Shown: one piece after another, positions 13,682 to 25,880 of the stretch | How the letters are laid out: the number at the start of each line of letters is the position of its first letter | How positions within the stretch are numbered: the first letter of the stretch is position 1 | Origin: Phoronis australis | Taxonomy: Eukaryota; Animalia; Phoronida | Direction of reading: 5' to 3' | Length of the DNA stretch: 64,000 bases | Assembly (NCBI GenBank): GCA_002633005.1 | Contig: NMRA01000246.1 | Coordinates: 425,856 to 489,855 of the forward strand | Notes under the pieces: model-generated | The model's input: only the letters and a program-made list of their open reading frames with translations | Told to the model about the DNA's origin: nothing | Databases searched by the model: none | Position numbers and translations under genes: made by a program

Positions 13682-16600
13682 TTAAAGTTCTTCTTTCTTG
13701 ATCTTTTTGTCGTAGTTCGGATACTTCTTAATATACCCCATAATGAAGTCAGAGAAAGCTGTAAGGGTTCTTTCGCTTTTGTAGTCCTCTAGAAAATAGC
13801 CGCTTCTATAAATTCGCAAAGTGGGAAACCCCCAAGCCTGTAAAAGACGTAACTTTATCAATATCACACAGACGTGTTATTATTTTCAAATGTGAAGAGC
13901 CAGTCGTGTAAATTCTTTACTTCGACTGTTTCTTCTGACAAACGCATGCGCAGAATTATCAAAAGATTCACGACTGAAACATAAACAGGCACCCGTGTCT
14001 CGACCTAATAGTTCAGTAAATTATGAGCAGAGGATCTGCAAGGGTCAGTCTCGTTCGTAGTTTTCGTTATGTACTTAGCAAATCAATCAAAACAGACTTT
14101 CACAATAACATCTCATTTTGTATCTAATCGTGAGTAATTACTGGTACCTTGTATTCGATGGTCAAAACTCCTTTGAGATGAGCTCAAAACAAGAAAAACA
14201 CCGGCGATTTTATGAAAGTAGTTGGCTGGAAAGAGTGATAAGGTTAATTGCCAATTAGCTAGTTGCTGTGGTTACACTTACGCTATGCTCTGTGCCACAG
14301 AAGTCTTTGTCTTCTCCTGAACAATCGATCTGAGCCACCTTTACTTTCTTGTAAGGTTTGAACTGTTTGGCCAAGTCCGCCCAGGTTGGTTTCATTCGAG
14401 TACAAAATCCACACCTTCGAACGACAAGATACGTGTCAACAGCACACAAACCTAATTATGTTTTCCAATCCAACTTCTAGTGCGTCGCGCACATTTTTAT
14501 GACAAAGCAGTCATATTGGTACAAAGCCAGAAGCCAGTAGACTTATACGTTAGTAGTGTCCCGACAATGAATTTCTTTCGCAAACACATTTGATTTCTTG
14601 CAGATAACGAAATTGATCAATTATATTATTTTTCGAATAGTTTTCTAGGTGTAAACGTTCCTCTGAACAATTCATTTCCATTGAAGTACATGCAACCATG
14701 CCTACAAACTTCTGATTGTGTTGATCGGTAAGTCTGTATCCTAATTTTTTATATGTCATTTTGTTCATACAATCATGCAAACGTTTGCAGAGCACTGATC
14801 GTGTAAATATACGCATCAGGAATCACTTCATCACTTTTCGGTTTAGAAAATGGAAGCCTGCTGTGGAATTTTGCAGAAGCAAATTGTAAACCCATAACCT
14901 CGATATTTTGACATGACAACAGCCACACACTACAAACTTCGTAGCACCTTCTATCGAGTATCATGCACAATTGTGTACACAGGGGGTATTTGAAGTATCC
15001 TCCTATTCCTGTCAACAAGCGAACTTTGGTGATGGAGGATTGCTGGTCGACATTATTAGTTACACAGTGGTGAAATTCAATATAATATAATATAATATAA
15101 TATAATATAATATAATATAATATAATAAAGTTCTGTAAGAGGTAAGAGAAAAAGAAGCTTACACCTAAACAGTGCACAACAACAACAGTATTTAGCATCT
15201 TTGGTTTCGAAACCAGCCTCAGTACCTACAGCCGTGAATTGTCTTCTTTCATATACTTTAAAACTTTAACTTTGTTTAAGTACTACTAGGCTAATGCCGA
15301 TCGCGTTTATTTCAGAGGTCATTTGCGGTACATGGCGCCCGTGTACAAACTGCTAACCTCGTGAAAAATCCATACTTACGTTGGTGAGTAGAACATAACA
15401 AAGACCAGCCTGTTCTTCACGAGTTTGTCGAATGTTTTCGATGTCAGCTCCATGATGTCTGACTGCCAAACAATTGAAAACAACAAGCATTTCACGAGTA
15501 TTCGGACATTTAATGATCAGCCACTATAACTAAAGATTTAGACCCTCAAATGAAATAGAAATGCAGCCACATCACCGCTTTGCAGCTTTTGGATTTTAAC
15601 GGAAACCACGGGACTATTATCACTTCAAATTTTTGTGTTTATGTAAATGTGTGCTCCGACATCGGTTGCATCCATAGTATGCTCGCGGGGCCACAGCCAG
15701 ACAATACATGTGCATGTAATTTTCGAAGTCCTTATAAACTGCGAGCGCAACGTATGTCTGCCATAAATGTTACTCTTGTTTTTAATTTTAGCATTTTAAT
15801 TTTACTTGACTGCTTCCAAAACCGTCGAAATGACGTCATACTAAAAAACGAATTGCATGACCACGTCACGTTTTAGATAAATTGCTTTCATGTGTCAATT
15901 TCTGTTGTACTGTATATGGCGTGTATTTAGGCATTTTGATCTATGTGCGATACTGAGCCTCTATCACGAATTAGGCGCACGCGCCTAGATGTGAAACTCT
16001 AATGAGTAATATTATGCGAGTGAAACTTGACTTACCCAAAACAATATTATTAGACCGTGACGTGAATTAAACTGTTGAATCAAACCCGCGTTCCGTTGAA
16101 CTTTGGAAACACTACACTTTGACGACTTAAAGCTGTAAAATTTGCCTCAATCTTTTTACTTTTTCGAATGAAAAGTGGTTTCATAGATTTCAAAGAATTA
16201 GGAGTCATTATTTCTTGAGACCACCTTCGGCGTATTGATACGATGTGTCGTGAATACTAAATCCAGTTGTAGAGTCTGGATGCCAGCAATAACGAACTTT
16301 TTTCGAGTTAAGGACATCTTCTCAAATTTGACTAAGGAACACTTTGAGAACAGTTTCATAACGGTGAACGGTATAACTAAAATTTGTTTCGAGACGGAAA
16401 GCCGGCTATGTTAAACGAAAACTATTTAAAACGGTCAAAAATACGTACAAAGACCATTTAATCCAATAACTATTTTGACGGTAATTGGTATGAAACTGTT
16501 AGCAAAAGTTCGCGCTAGGAAGCGAAATTCATTGTGCGGATTTACTTGTGTGTTTGCAAGATTGCTTCTTTGGTTCTTAATTGTAAATAGATGTTCGTTA

Positions 16601-19600
16601 AGCTCAGACAGGCATTTGTGGCTCTACACGATAACTCAATAAACGCCTCCTTATCCATAAAATATTAGACTTAAACCTCATACAGTATGCAGTCACAACT
16701 AGTACGGTCTGTCGTTCTTAGAAAAGAAAAAGACACGATCAAATTGCAAACTGTACCGAATGGCTGATACTAAATACATGACTAAAACTTTTACCTCCCG
16801 GAACATTTACAAGTTACATGACACAGAACTGCTATCTCACTTTATTAGACTAAATTCTTCAGGGTCTAGTTTTGTTTCTCAATCACCATAACAACACGGC
16901 AACAGATTGTTCTTAGTCGCCGGGTTCTGTAATTTTTAGGTTATGCCGACGTAGTAAAATATTACTGTGTGAGATATTGAAATGAACGTCCAGTCAATGA
17001 AATATTACCTTCTTTTTAGGAAACGATTTCTTTGCTTTCATCTTCCTGATGTATGTCTCCAAGTTGTCTTCCGAGCGGCTTCCTTCATATTTGTCTACCT
17101 ATTGAAACACACAGCAGCAGTGAAGGTGAAGCAAGAATGTTCGCAAACAGGGTTGCGCCAAGCACAGACGGAAGACTGCAGAGCCCGAAAACGCAAGATC
17201 ACACACTCTTCGCCAGATACCATCATGCATTAGCTCAACCTCTGGCATGGGGCGATATCCAATTTCCGACTTTGAGCTACAAGAACATTAAGTAGCCAAG
17301 TAGGGTTCTTAAATGTTCTCTCATTCTTCATGAACTAGGGATAGGTTACAAATTGGTGCATTTTGCTGCTTGAGTAACATGTACAGTTGCACGGATGAGT
17401 TGAGTTTCTGCTCGATGTCAAGGAACGTTGGAGCTAGGCAAATTTGAGATTCGTGTATAAAATCAGCGATACTTTCGAGAGGACAGCATGGAATTCAAAG
17501 CATAGCTTGAACTTGATTTGTTTTTGTGGATTAAATTCTAGTCGAACTCAAGCCTGCAATTCAGCTGCTGAATGTTGTTTTCTCTAAACACTCGTCAAGT
17601 TAAAGTAAAGTCAGGGTTTGTGTGCAATTAGTGATAAACTATCTTTCCTCCAAGACGAGTGTTGAGAAAAGACAACTGGTACACTTGTAAGATGTTAGGC
17701 TCCATATGCATTTGCAAGCGTTGCAAACTCTCATGTGGCCACTGCCTTATTGTGGCAGTTATGCAACATCTTGGCGGTGACCTTCATGTAATTGTGTTTT
17801 GTATATCAAATATCCAGGTGAAATCTAAAACACACGACCCAAAAGTATTTCTAAGACTGCTTTAGTTCCCTGTTTCTTCATTTTCAGTCAAAATCGAGTT
17901 TCAATGCCATTAAAATGTCACCCATTGAAATCAAAGGTGTTAGCCTTAGGTCGGGATTGTCACCATATTCGTCTCTTCAAAAACACATACTTATTCTCAT
18001 TCCTAACACCAATGTGAATGAACAGCATTACAGACACATTAAGCAAATCAAAATAAATTTATTCTGATTTGAATTTTGCCGCAACTGGATGAGTATCATA
18101 CATTCTATTTTCTTTACATAAACTAATCTAATAAACCTTTCTTGAACAACACAGCGACCAGCTACAAATTTCAGTTACTCGACCAGAGGCACCATTTTGT
18201 TGTGGTGACATTTTTATATGAGATAAATTTCCTGGCCTCCCTAAATCAGCTTCTGCTTACAATGGAATTGAAACTGAATCAAGGGGGAACTGCGACGCCG
18301 TCTTTAGTTTGTCCAGAGATCACGTCTTGCGACGGAAACCATGAAACAGCTCAAATCAAAATGATAGTACATGTACACTCGCGTCGACCATCTAATCAAG
18401 AAATCATGCCAACTTGCCTGTTTACCATTGAAGAACCAGAGTAGCGTTGGGTAACCTTGAATGCCATATTCAGCACAAGTGTTGGTGTCTTTTGTGCAGT
18501 CTACCTGTAAACAGATATTCTTACCGCTTTATTTGTTAATCTATACTTCACACATATACTGTATTTACTAAGTTGTATTCTGGATCAACACCTTGACTTC
18601 GAAGAAAATTTGAATACGTTTTTTATCTGAAGCTTCTAGTAGAGCGTTAGGGAAGATATACTCAACATTCCGTATTAACAAGAATCTAGGATTAGAAACA
18701 TTTAAAACTTTATTTAATTCATGTGTAGCACCAATTTTGGATTACAGATCATCTGTTTGGGGTTACAAAAATTTTGGTAATGATGAAAATATCCAAAAAA
18801 GATATGCCTTTTTATCTAGGGGTCAACCAATTTAAAGCCACTCATGTTGTTAGTGGTGACATGGGGTGGGACTCGACCGGAAACATGTTGGGGATTTCTA
18901 TGGGAGTACTCTGTTGGTAGAAACGGTTGGATAGACGGAATCAAACTTCGTTTAACATAACTGGCATGCAATCATGTTTTCAAAATTTGACTGCTTGTAA
19001 CATAGTAGATGCTTGAAACAAACTATTCGAATACTCGAAACTTGTTTGGACTGAGTCTGTTGTAACAAAACCCAAGTTAAGATCCTGTATTTTATTTAAG
19101 CACCGGTTTTTAATTGAACCGCATGTGAAGCTTAAGTTATCTCGTTCTGAGCGATCTCTTTTGGCTCAGTTTAGAGCAGGACATCTCCCATTGTACTTGG
19201 AAACTAGTCGGTATGTAAACACTCTTGTAAGTGAAAGACTTTGTTTGTGTTGTGATACTCATTCTGTGGATGATGAGCTATATTTTGTGTTTAATTTTTC
19301 TCTTTGTAAATCACGGAGGTCTATTCTGTTTCACAATGTTTCACTTCAAGTCCCGAACTTTGCAGATTTCAGAAGATTAGATACGTTGAAACTACTGTTT
19401 CAGTATTTCCCTAGGCAATTCGCCAAATATATCAAGTCTGGTTTTTAACTCAGAAACCGTCGCATTTCTGGTACATCTTAATTGTGTGGTTGAAGTGACT
19501 AGTAAGCCCAAATGGGCTGGGTACTTATTTTTCTTAGGAATGTTATATCTATAACTGTTTGAATTAATTATAATTAATAAATACAAAACAAAACAATACA

Positions 19601-22600
19601 ATATAATACAATACAATACATTACAATACAACACATACGTACGTTCATACACACATACATACAAACAAGCATACTACAAACATACATACATGTACATGCA
19701 TCCATACATACATTAATCAATGGTATTAAAATGACTAGATTATCAATTGCTATTCACCACTGACTGTATGATTAACTCAGGGCTTATCAAGTATTAAGTG
19801 GAGTATCACTTGTTTCCGGTATACCTACCTGGGCGATTGTTACTCCTTTAAGATTGAAAGTTTCCGCCAGATGCACCCACAATGGCGCCAAATGTTTACA
19901 GTGTCCACACCAGGGGGCGTAAAACTTGATGAAGAAGTGGCCAGACGAAGCACCTGGAAAGTTGTCCGCAGTGAGTTTTACGACTGCTTCTTCTATTTCT
20001 TCTTCTACATAGTTGTCTTCCTCCTCTTCTACGTCCTCTTCTCCTTCGTCTACTTCTCCTTTTTCTTCGTCCTCTCCGTTGCCGATCTTCCAAGAGAAAT
20101 TCAATAGTTCACCAGTATAAAGATAGCCAAGAACAATACCCATGCTATGCGGTTATTTACATTGATGCAATTCATGAGCATTTGCACTTTTAGGCCTACA
20201 TACTCATGTGTCTGTTTAAGCACCATAGGTAATTTGGTAGATAAAACTTTTCAGTGAAATAAAACATAATACATAATTCATTTCACCAGTGATGATGCTC
20301 TGTTGTTGTCAGCAGCAACAATTTTGCACTTTGCTTTGCACCTTTTTAAGTTGTTCTGTCAAGAATGTTTCCAACTCCTCTGAAGTCCTCTCGCCGTCAA
20401 ACAGCACGCTCTCACTCTTGTCATCGGAAAAGAATTTAATTCTGTAAGTTTGGAAACATGTGATTATTGACCACCCGCCATTTCAATGCCTGTTGGTCCT
20501 CAAAAATGATGGATCGTCTATCGGGAAGTTCAACTTAGTTGTTGAAGGACAGTCGGTGGGTACAATAAGTGATATTCATAACATTAATAACAAAATTAAT
20601 TTGATCACTTAAACGCCATCCTGTCACACTTATTCATCGAGGTAATTAATACAACAGCAAAACTTACCCAATAAATTTAAATCCGTTTTGTTCACAAAAC
20701 GTCGTCTCTTCTTCACAGTTTACCTGTTGGCAAAATAAACGTCACTATTTAACGATGTCTCGGTTTTAACAATAACGACATTATTATACAGCAGATATTG
20801 GCCAATCCCGATCATGTTATCTGGTCATAAGGCCGGACTGAGGGTGAACAATGTTGCCCTAGTCCGATGGCTGAGTACTTCCCCGGGGTATCCCTATGAC
20901 ATGATATGGCCGAGTGATTGGTCTATATTTGTTTTATTGTACCAACACTGGTGCTTCTTTGATCTGATTGGTTGTTCCTTATTAGATGGGCATTATTTGT
21001 TGCATGATCATCGTCTGCTCGTTTTGTTTACGTGATCAGGGGTCTATGATTTCTGCACCCAGAAATAGGTGAGATAACAAATACATCTGACTTCCGGTCG
21101 GCATGAATGAAAAGTGATCCCACGGCTATCTGGTCAACATTCGCAACAGCAGTTTTTGTTACTGAGTTGTAGCCAATCAGAGGACAGAAACTATGAATGC
21201 CATTCGCGTTGTTTGAAATACGTGTGAAGGTAGCGATATTCACGGCGGTGGCGATGATGACGATGGCGTCCATGATGATGATTGTAATGAGATGGACGAT
21301 GATTTTTTGTTTGGGAAGAACATGGTGAAGAAAATTATATCAATGATTATGACGAAGATGGAACTGGTGTCCACGAAAGTTAGCAAGATGACGGTGACGT
21401 TAATGGCAGCGATTACGGTGAAGAGTAAAATTTAGACTTAAAAGCACTAACCTTAACTATCTGCACCTTGGCTGATTCCTCATCGTTGTAATAGAAAGCC
21501 AAGTCATTCCAGATAGGAGCAAATTTCTTATAATGTCCACTCCTAAAAGAACAAAGCGAAAATGCTACACTACAAAAACATAAATCTGTTTTTTGTCACT
21601 TGTTTTTTACTTCAACTTCAAAAATACTGGTTGTACTGTGAAAACTGTTGGTCACCTACAGCACACACTGGGAGTTCAGTGCCATGCTGAACAGAACGTC
21701 ACTCATGGGATTGGTTCAATTCACGCGTCGGTGATATTTTACGATGTGCGAAACAAAGGAGTGTGTTAATTTTCAACGAGTTAAAACAGGTGATTGATCC
21801 AGCATGACTTCACGTGTCAGCGTGATTGTCACAGTAGGTTCCCTGGACATGTGCTCGTTGTCTTACAAATCTTTGTTACTGTTCAATGCGAACAAGTGTG
21901 TGCTCTTTAGTCTTACGCATTTTTAATTGCAGAGTTACATGTAACAAAACTCCTCGATTACCACCACAAAAACTGGACAAGAATGTCAAAATACACAGCT
22001 CTGCCCAAGTGGATTGTTTCGGTTGCATAATGTTTTTTGCAATAATCATAATTTTCCATCTGAACATTAGACAAACAAACTCAGGGTGCTATTTATACAC
22101 TTTACCTCAGTCGAAAGTGCATATTGTCTTATTTGCATGTAGACAATCTATGGTTATAAAACTTTTATAAATGAATACATGCATAGTTGGCTGTGCATGA
22201 TTGGGATACTCTGAAATGAATGTACAAAATGTCTTGGTTTTATTTTAAGAGCTACAAACGATTTATACCTCAAAATTTAAAGATATATTTTCACTATCAC
22301 GACAAATTATAAAACGAAATTTAAAGCAAACCAACTTACTCATAATCATTTCAAAATAATCCTCTTATTCAGCATGACGTTGTGTTTAAACAATTGAAAC
22401 AAAATGCAGGAAAGCATCCGTAGACTCAGTTTCTTGCGAGAAAAGCAAGAGACTTCTCAAAATCATGTGAGTGAAAAAGGAGCGTTTCATGAGTGTGTTC
22501 TACTGTTTACTAGCCTGGCTTAGCAAGGGGACCATTGAAGTGAATGGTCGGCAAGACAGGAGTGTGGAATTGTGGGATGAAATGCGGTGTTTCCGTTTCA

Positions 22601-23385
22601 TAATTCAAGATGTTCACTGCGAGTGCCTACTAATGTGTTGGTGTCGTTGCAATTCAAATTAAGTTCTCTTTTGATGCTTTCCATCAATATAAAAACTTTA
22701 AATTTCTGATGGCACATCCTCGAAATTACCGCCACAATTGAATGACACGGAAATTTTATGACTTCATGAAATCGACAATTAAGAAAGCAGAACAGGCTAG
22801 CGCTGTAATTAACAGATCAAAATGCTGATGTTTTAGCCATACACATTCAAGATGTTTTGAACTACAGTACCAATGTGACGTTATATAATGGATAGTGAAT
22901 CTTTAAAACGAGTAATGATAACGCAGTACTTGCTTTAATCATAGCGTTTGGAAATTAGTTCACTTCTTGGATAATTAGAAATGTCAACCATGTGAGACTA
23001 AAACAAGAAATACATGGCCAGGAGGTTACCTGAATTTTGCGGTATGAGGTGGCTCAATAAATCATGGCATTACAAACTTGGAGGGTCTAGTTCTTGCTAC
23101 AATCAGTTTTGAATGATGTTGCGGAATTTTACAAAATCTAAGCAATTGTATTAACTTGAAGAATGCTTTGCAATAGCTTTTTAAATTTTATGTGACGCGA
23201 GACATTAAATTATGCGTAATGTAAACTTACCAAGGTGCGTAAAACAGGACCAGATGTGGCGTCTCTTCAATAGCTTTAGACAGCTCTACTTCAGTGAGAG
23301 TTAAAGCGTTTGGCGCCAAATCCTCTGATTTGACCGTCCAAATAACTGTCGTGTAAAATATAAAAAAGAATGTCGGCTTCATCAT
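13682..23385 (-). CDS. Divergent TXNDC5/ERp46-like PDI-family paralog, 10 exons, ~402 aa (signal peptide, Trx[SGHY], acidic linker, Trx[CGHC], basic linker, Trx[CGFC], KEEL)
   Basis: Exons (minus): 23385-23231, 21542-21452, 20723-20668, 20441-20342, 20086-19829, 18504-18418, 17098-17009, 15462-15380, 14414-14282, 13837-13682. They sum to 1209 nt, are open throughout, and intron phases match TXNDC5. Intron 6 has a GC donor, the exon 4 donor (GTGCAA) is weak, and two acceptors are AAG. Confidence 0.85.
15080..15128. repeat. (TATAA)n microsatellite
   Basis: About 10 tandem pentamers in intron 8 of the paralog. Confidence 0.95.
18570..19450 (+). mobile_element. 3' fragment of a CR1/L2-group LINE, antisense within intron 5 of the paralog
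   Basis: [17 protein letters not shown], then ORF 19125-19448 [40 protein letters not shown], typical of CR1/L2-type ORF2 C-termini. Confidence 0.75.
19580..19712. repeat. Compound (ATACA)n/(ATAC)n microsatellite
   Basis: Imperfect tandem penta- and tetranucleotide units. Confidence 0.85.
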
Positions 23386-24864
23386 TCTGTCCACGTCAAC
23401 ACCACTAAGATGGTGGCTATGAAAAGGATGACGTGTAATTCGACACTGCTATTTATGCCGTTTAGGTAGCCACCTGATTCTCACTCGGCGGTTCAATACC
23501 CCGTTGAGTAACTTAAGGTATATCGGCATAACGGCGGTATATAACACGTGTGTCGTATTGCACTACCGCTATGATTTTTTATTGAGTAGTAATGCAAGAA
23601 CCCGACGCTCACGGTGGGCGACTTACGCTTAATAGATCGTGAATATTTATGCTGTATTCACGAAGACGTGGACCATTTACAAGAAGGCATACAGGAAGAG
23701 CGATTAAAAAGAAAATAATGCGCCGTAAGATCACCACTGGTGACAAGAGCCTTTAACTCGAAGTTACGTCATCGAAATTAAAGCAGATCTCTTGTCTGGT
23801 CGGTTGTGTCAAAAAATATGAAGGTAGATCCGACGTTCGCATTTGAATTGTTCACATAGCGATCACGAGTTCGATCTCTCGTGATTGGGCGGCAAGTGAA
23901 CGCTAGCTTAAATTACAACTAATATCGACCCAAATTGAAAAAGCTTATGTACAAAATGCTAAAGGATTATCTTGGATCACCTTTTAAGGGACAGTTGTTA
24001 AACTGCCTCTAATTTAAAAATGCTGAAAATATAACACTCAGGGCCATTTTTCCAGCACGTTCACACTAAAATTTATTTTCTGGGTCAAATGTTTACACGA
24101 TTAATTTAATGCACCTACACATGCAATGATGTCGCAAGTTTCAGTTATGTGACCTTGATTGGAGTTGTGAAAATTGTGGCAATCAGGGAAATTGTGTCAA
24201 ACTGGTGGAATAAAAAACCGTGGAGAAATTGAGCGAAATTGTGACGACAGGGTTCAAATTACCGTGAAAACCCAAACATCCTAAGGCCGCCACCATACTC
24301 ACGGCCATCACCAGTGAAAGTAGTCACTGAATGGCCGGGTTCACTAGCGATAATGCGAAATGATCCAGCACTGAAACATTCATAAGACAATGAAAACAAC
24401 CTACCATTTTGCCAGCTACAGCTCAGAATCAACTTAGAACCGGTATGCTACGGTCCATTTACTATACATACAGAAATAAAAATAACAAGATGTCACGAGG
24501 TTTATTTTTGATTTTTGAGTCATCTTCACTGACGCGGTGCTTGCGAAGACCAACGAGGAGTCTGGCCTTAATGTGGATAGTCAAGTTTTGTAGTTCCGGA
24601 AAAAGCCCAATAAGTCCAAAATGTTGAGTATTTTCACTGCCGTATTTTCATAATCGGTATTTTTGGAATGGAACGTGAACATCATTTTGTTCAAAATACC
24701 AATACGGCGTATATGTAGCCTAAATCTCAATCGGCAAAATCTGTCCCAAAGCCGGCCTTTTGATTCCGAACTCCACTCCTTATGATCAGAGACGGGAAGG
24801 TAGCTAGCAAAATATCATAGTTACAATTTGTCAATTTTTATCCTTGGGCAATTTTTAAAGCATC

Positions 24865-25880
24865 GTAAAATATGAAAAATATCAAAGCGCCGGATCCTGA
24901 TGCATTCTCAGTAGAATTCCTTAGATTTTTGGGGTGATCTGTCAGTCATCATCATAAGATCGTTCGTTTAATTATACAGCTGGCTCCCTACAGGCCAGTC
25001 AAAACCAGGGCCGTATTGCTCTCATTCCTAAGGGGAATAATTCTAGAGAACACCTGGTGAACTGTGCAAGATTGCATGAAATATTCCCAAATAGGAACTC
25101 AAGTAAGTCCTCTAAATATTTCAATTATGCCGCGTATTTGTGTCGTTCTTTACTCACAGATCCAATCTTTTTCTGTGATTTCATCTTTATTATGAGCGCC
25201 TCCTAATTTTCCAATATTGTTGATTCGATGTAGAGTTCATTCTCGATTTCTACTAAAGCAAAAATTGACTTAGTTTTGAATCCAAAACAACACAAAAGGA
25301 CAATCACCATTTATACCCACGCAGTAGATTTAAGGATCTTAGTCGAGTCCCTGTTTATGAATTTAATGCAACAAGCATCGGAGAGTTACCTTATTTCGTT
25401 GCTCAATGTGTCTTACAAAATATTATCGAGTTCTGTTGCTCGCTGTATTAAAAATACCTGTGATTCTTTTATTAACAAGACTCAGACAGCATTTATAAAA
25501 GGAAGATTTATAGATGAAAACACCAGGACTACATGTATTTGCGATCTCATGCATTACCGACAGCCGTAACGTCCCAGCTCTGCTGGTCTTTGTAGACTCT
25601 CATAAAGCCTTTAATTCTGTGTCCCGTGATTTCGTCTGCAACGCTTTAGCTTTTTCAATTTTGGACACAATTTGTCCGTAAACTCGAACCAAATCAGCAT
25701 GAATTCACCTACGAATATTTTCCTTTAAGTCGAAGATGTCGTTACGGTGAGCCAGTGTCGTCATACAAGTAGTTATTTATTGTGTGTGTGGATAGATCAT
25801 GTCTTTTATATATCAAGAAACGACAGGAATCTGAAGGGTGTCAAATTCGGTAACAAAGAACTCAAAATTATCAAATATTT
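24865..25880 (+). mobile_element. Decayed L1/Tx1-clade RT fragment, interrupted by an ~320 bp insertion (~25065-25380)
   Basis: KAPDPDAFSVEF, LIPKGNNSREHL, then ISLLNVSYKILSSSVARCIK..QTAFIKGRFIDENTRT..CDLM, colinear with the RT at 46600-46950. Confidence 0.75.

Noticed and set aside
13682-15462. A third, separate thioredoxin gene
   Set aside because: It has no start or signal exon of its own and joins in phase with the upstream paralog exons through exon 7.
18260-18349. Possible exon 7 of the paralog with an in-frame TGA ([15 protein letters not shown]), suggesting selenocysteine or readthrough
   Set aside because: It needs a GAG acceptor, and a much better exon 7 homolog ([17 protein letters not shown]) with canonical sites exists at 17098-17009.
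21227-21428. Asp/Glu-rich antisense ORF in paralog intron 2
   Set aside because: Contains a frameshift and an internal stop; best explained as a decayed (GAT)n-type low-complexity tract.
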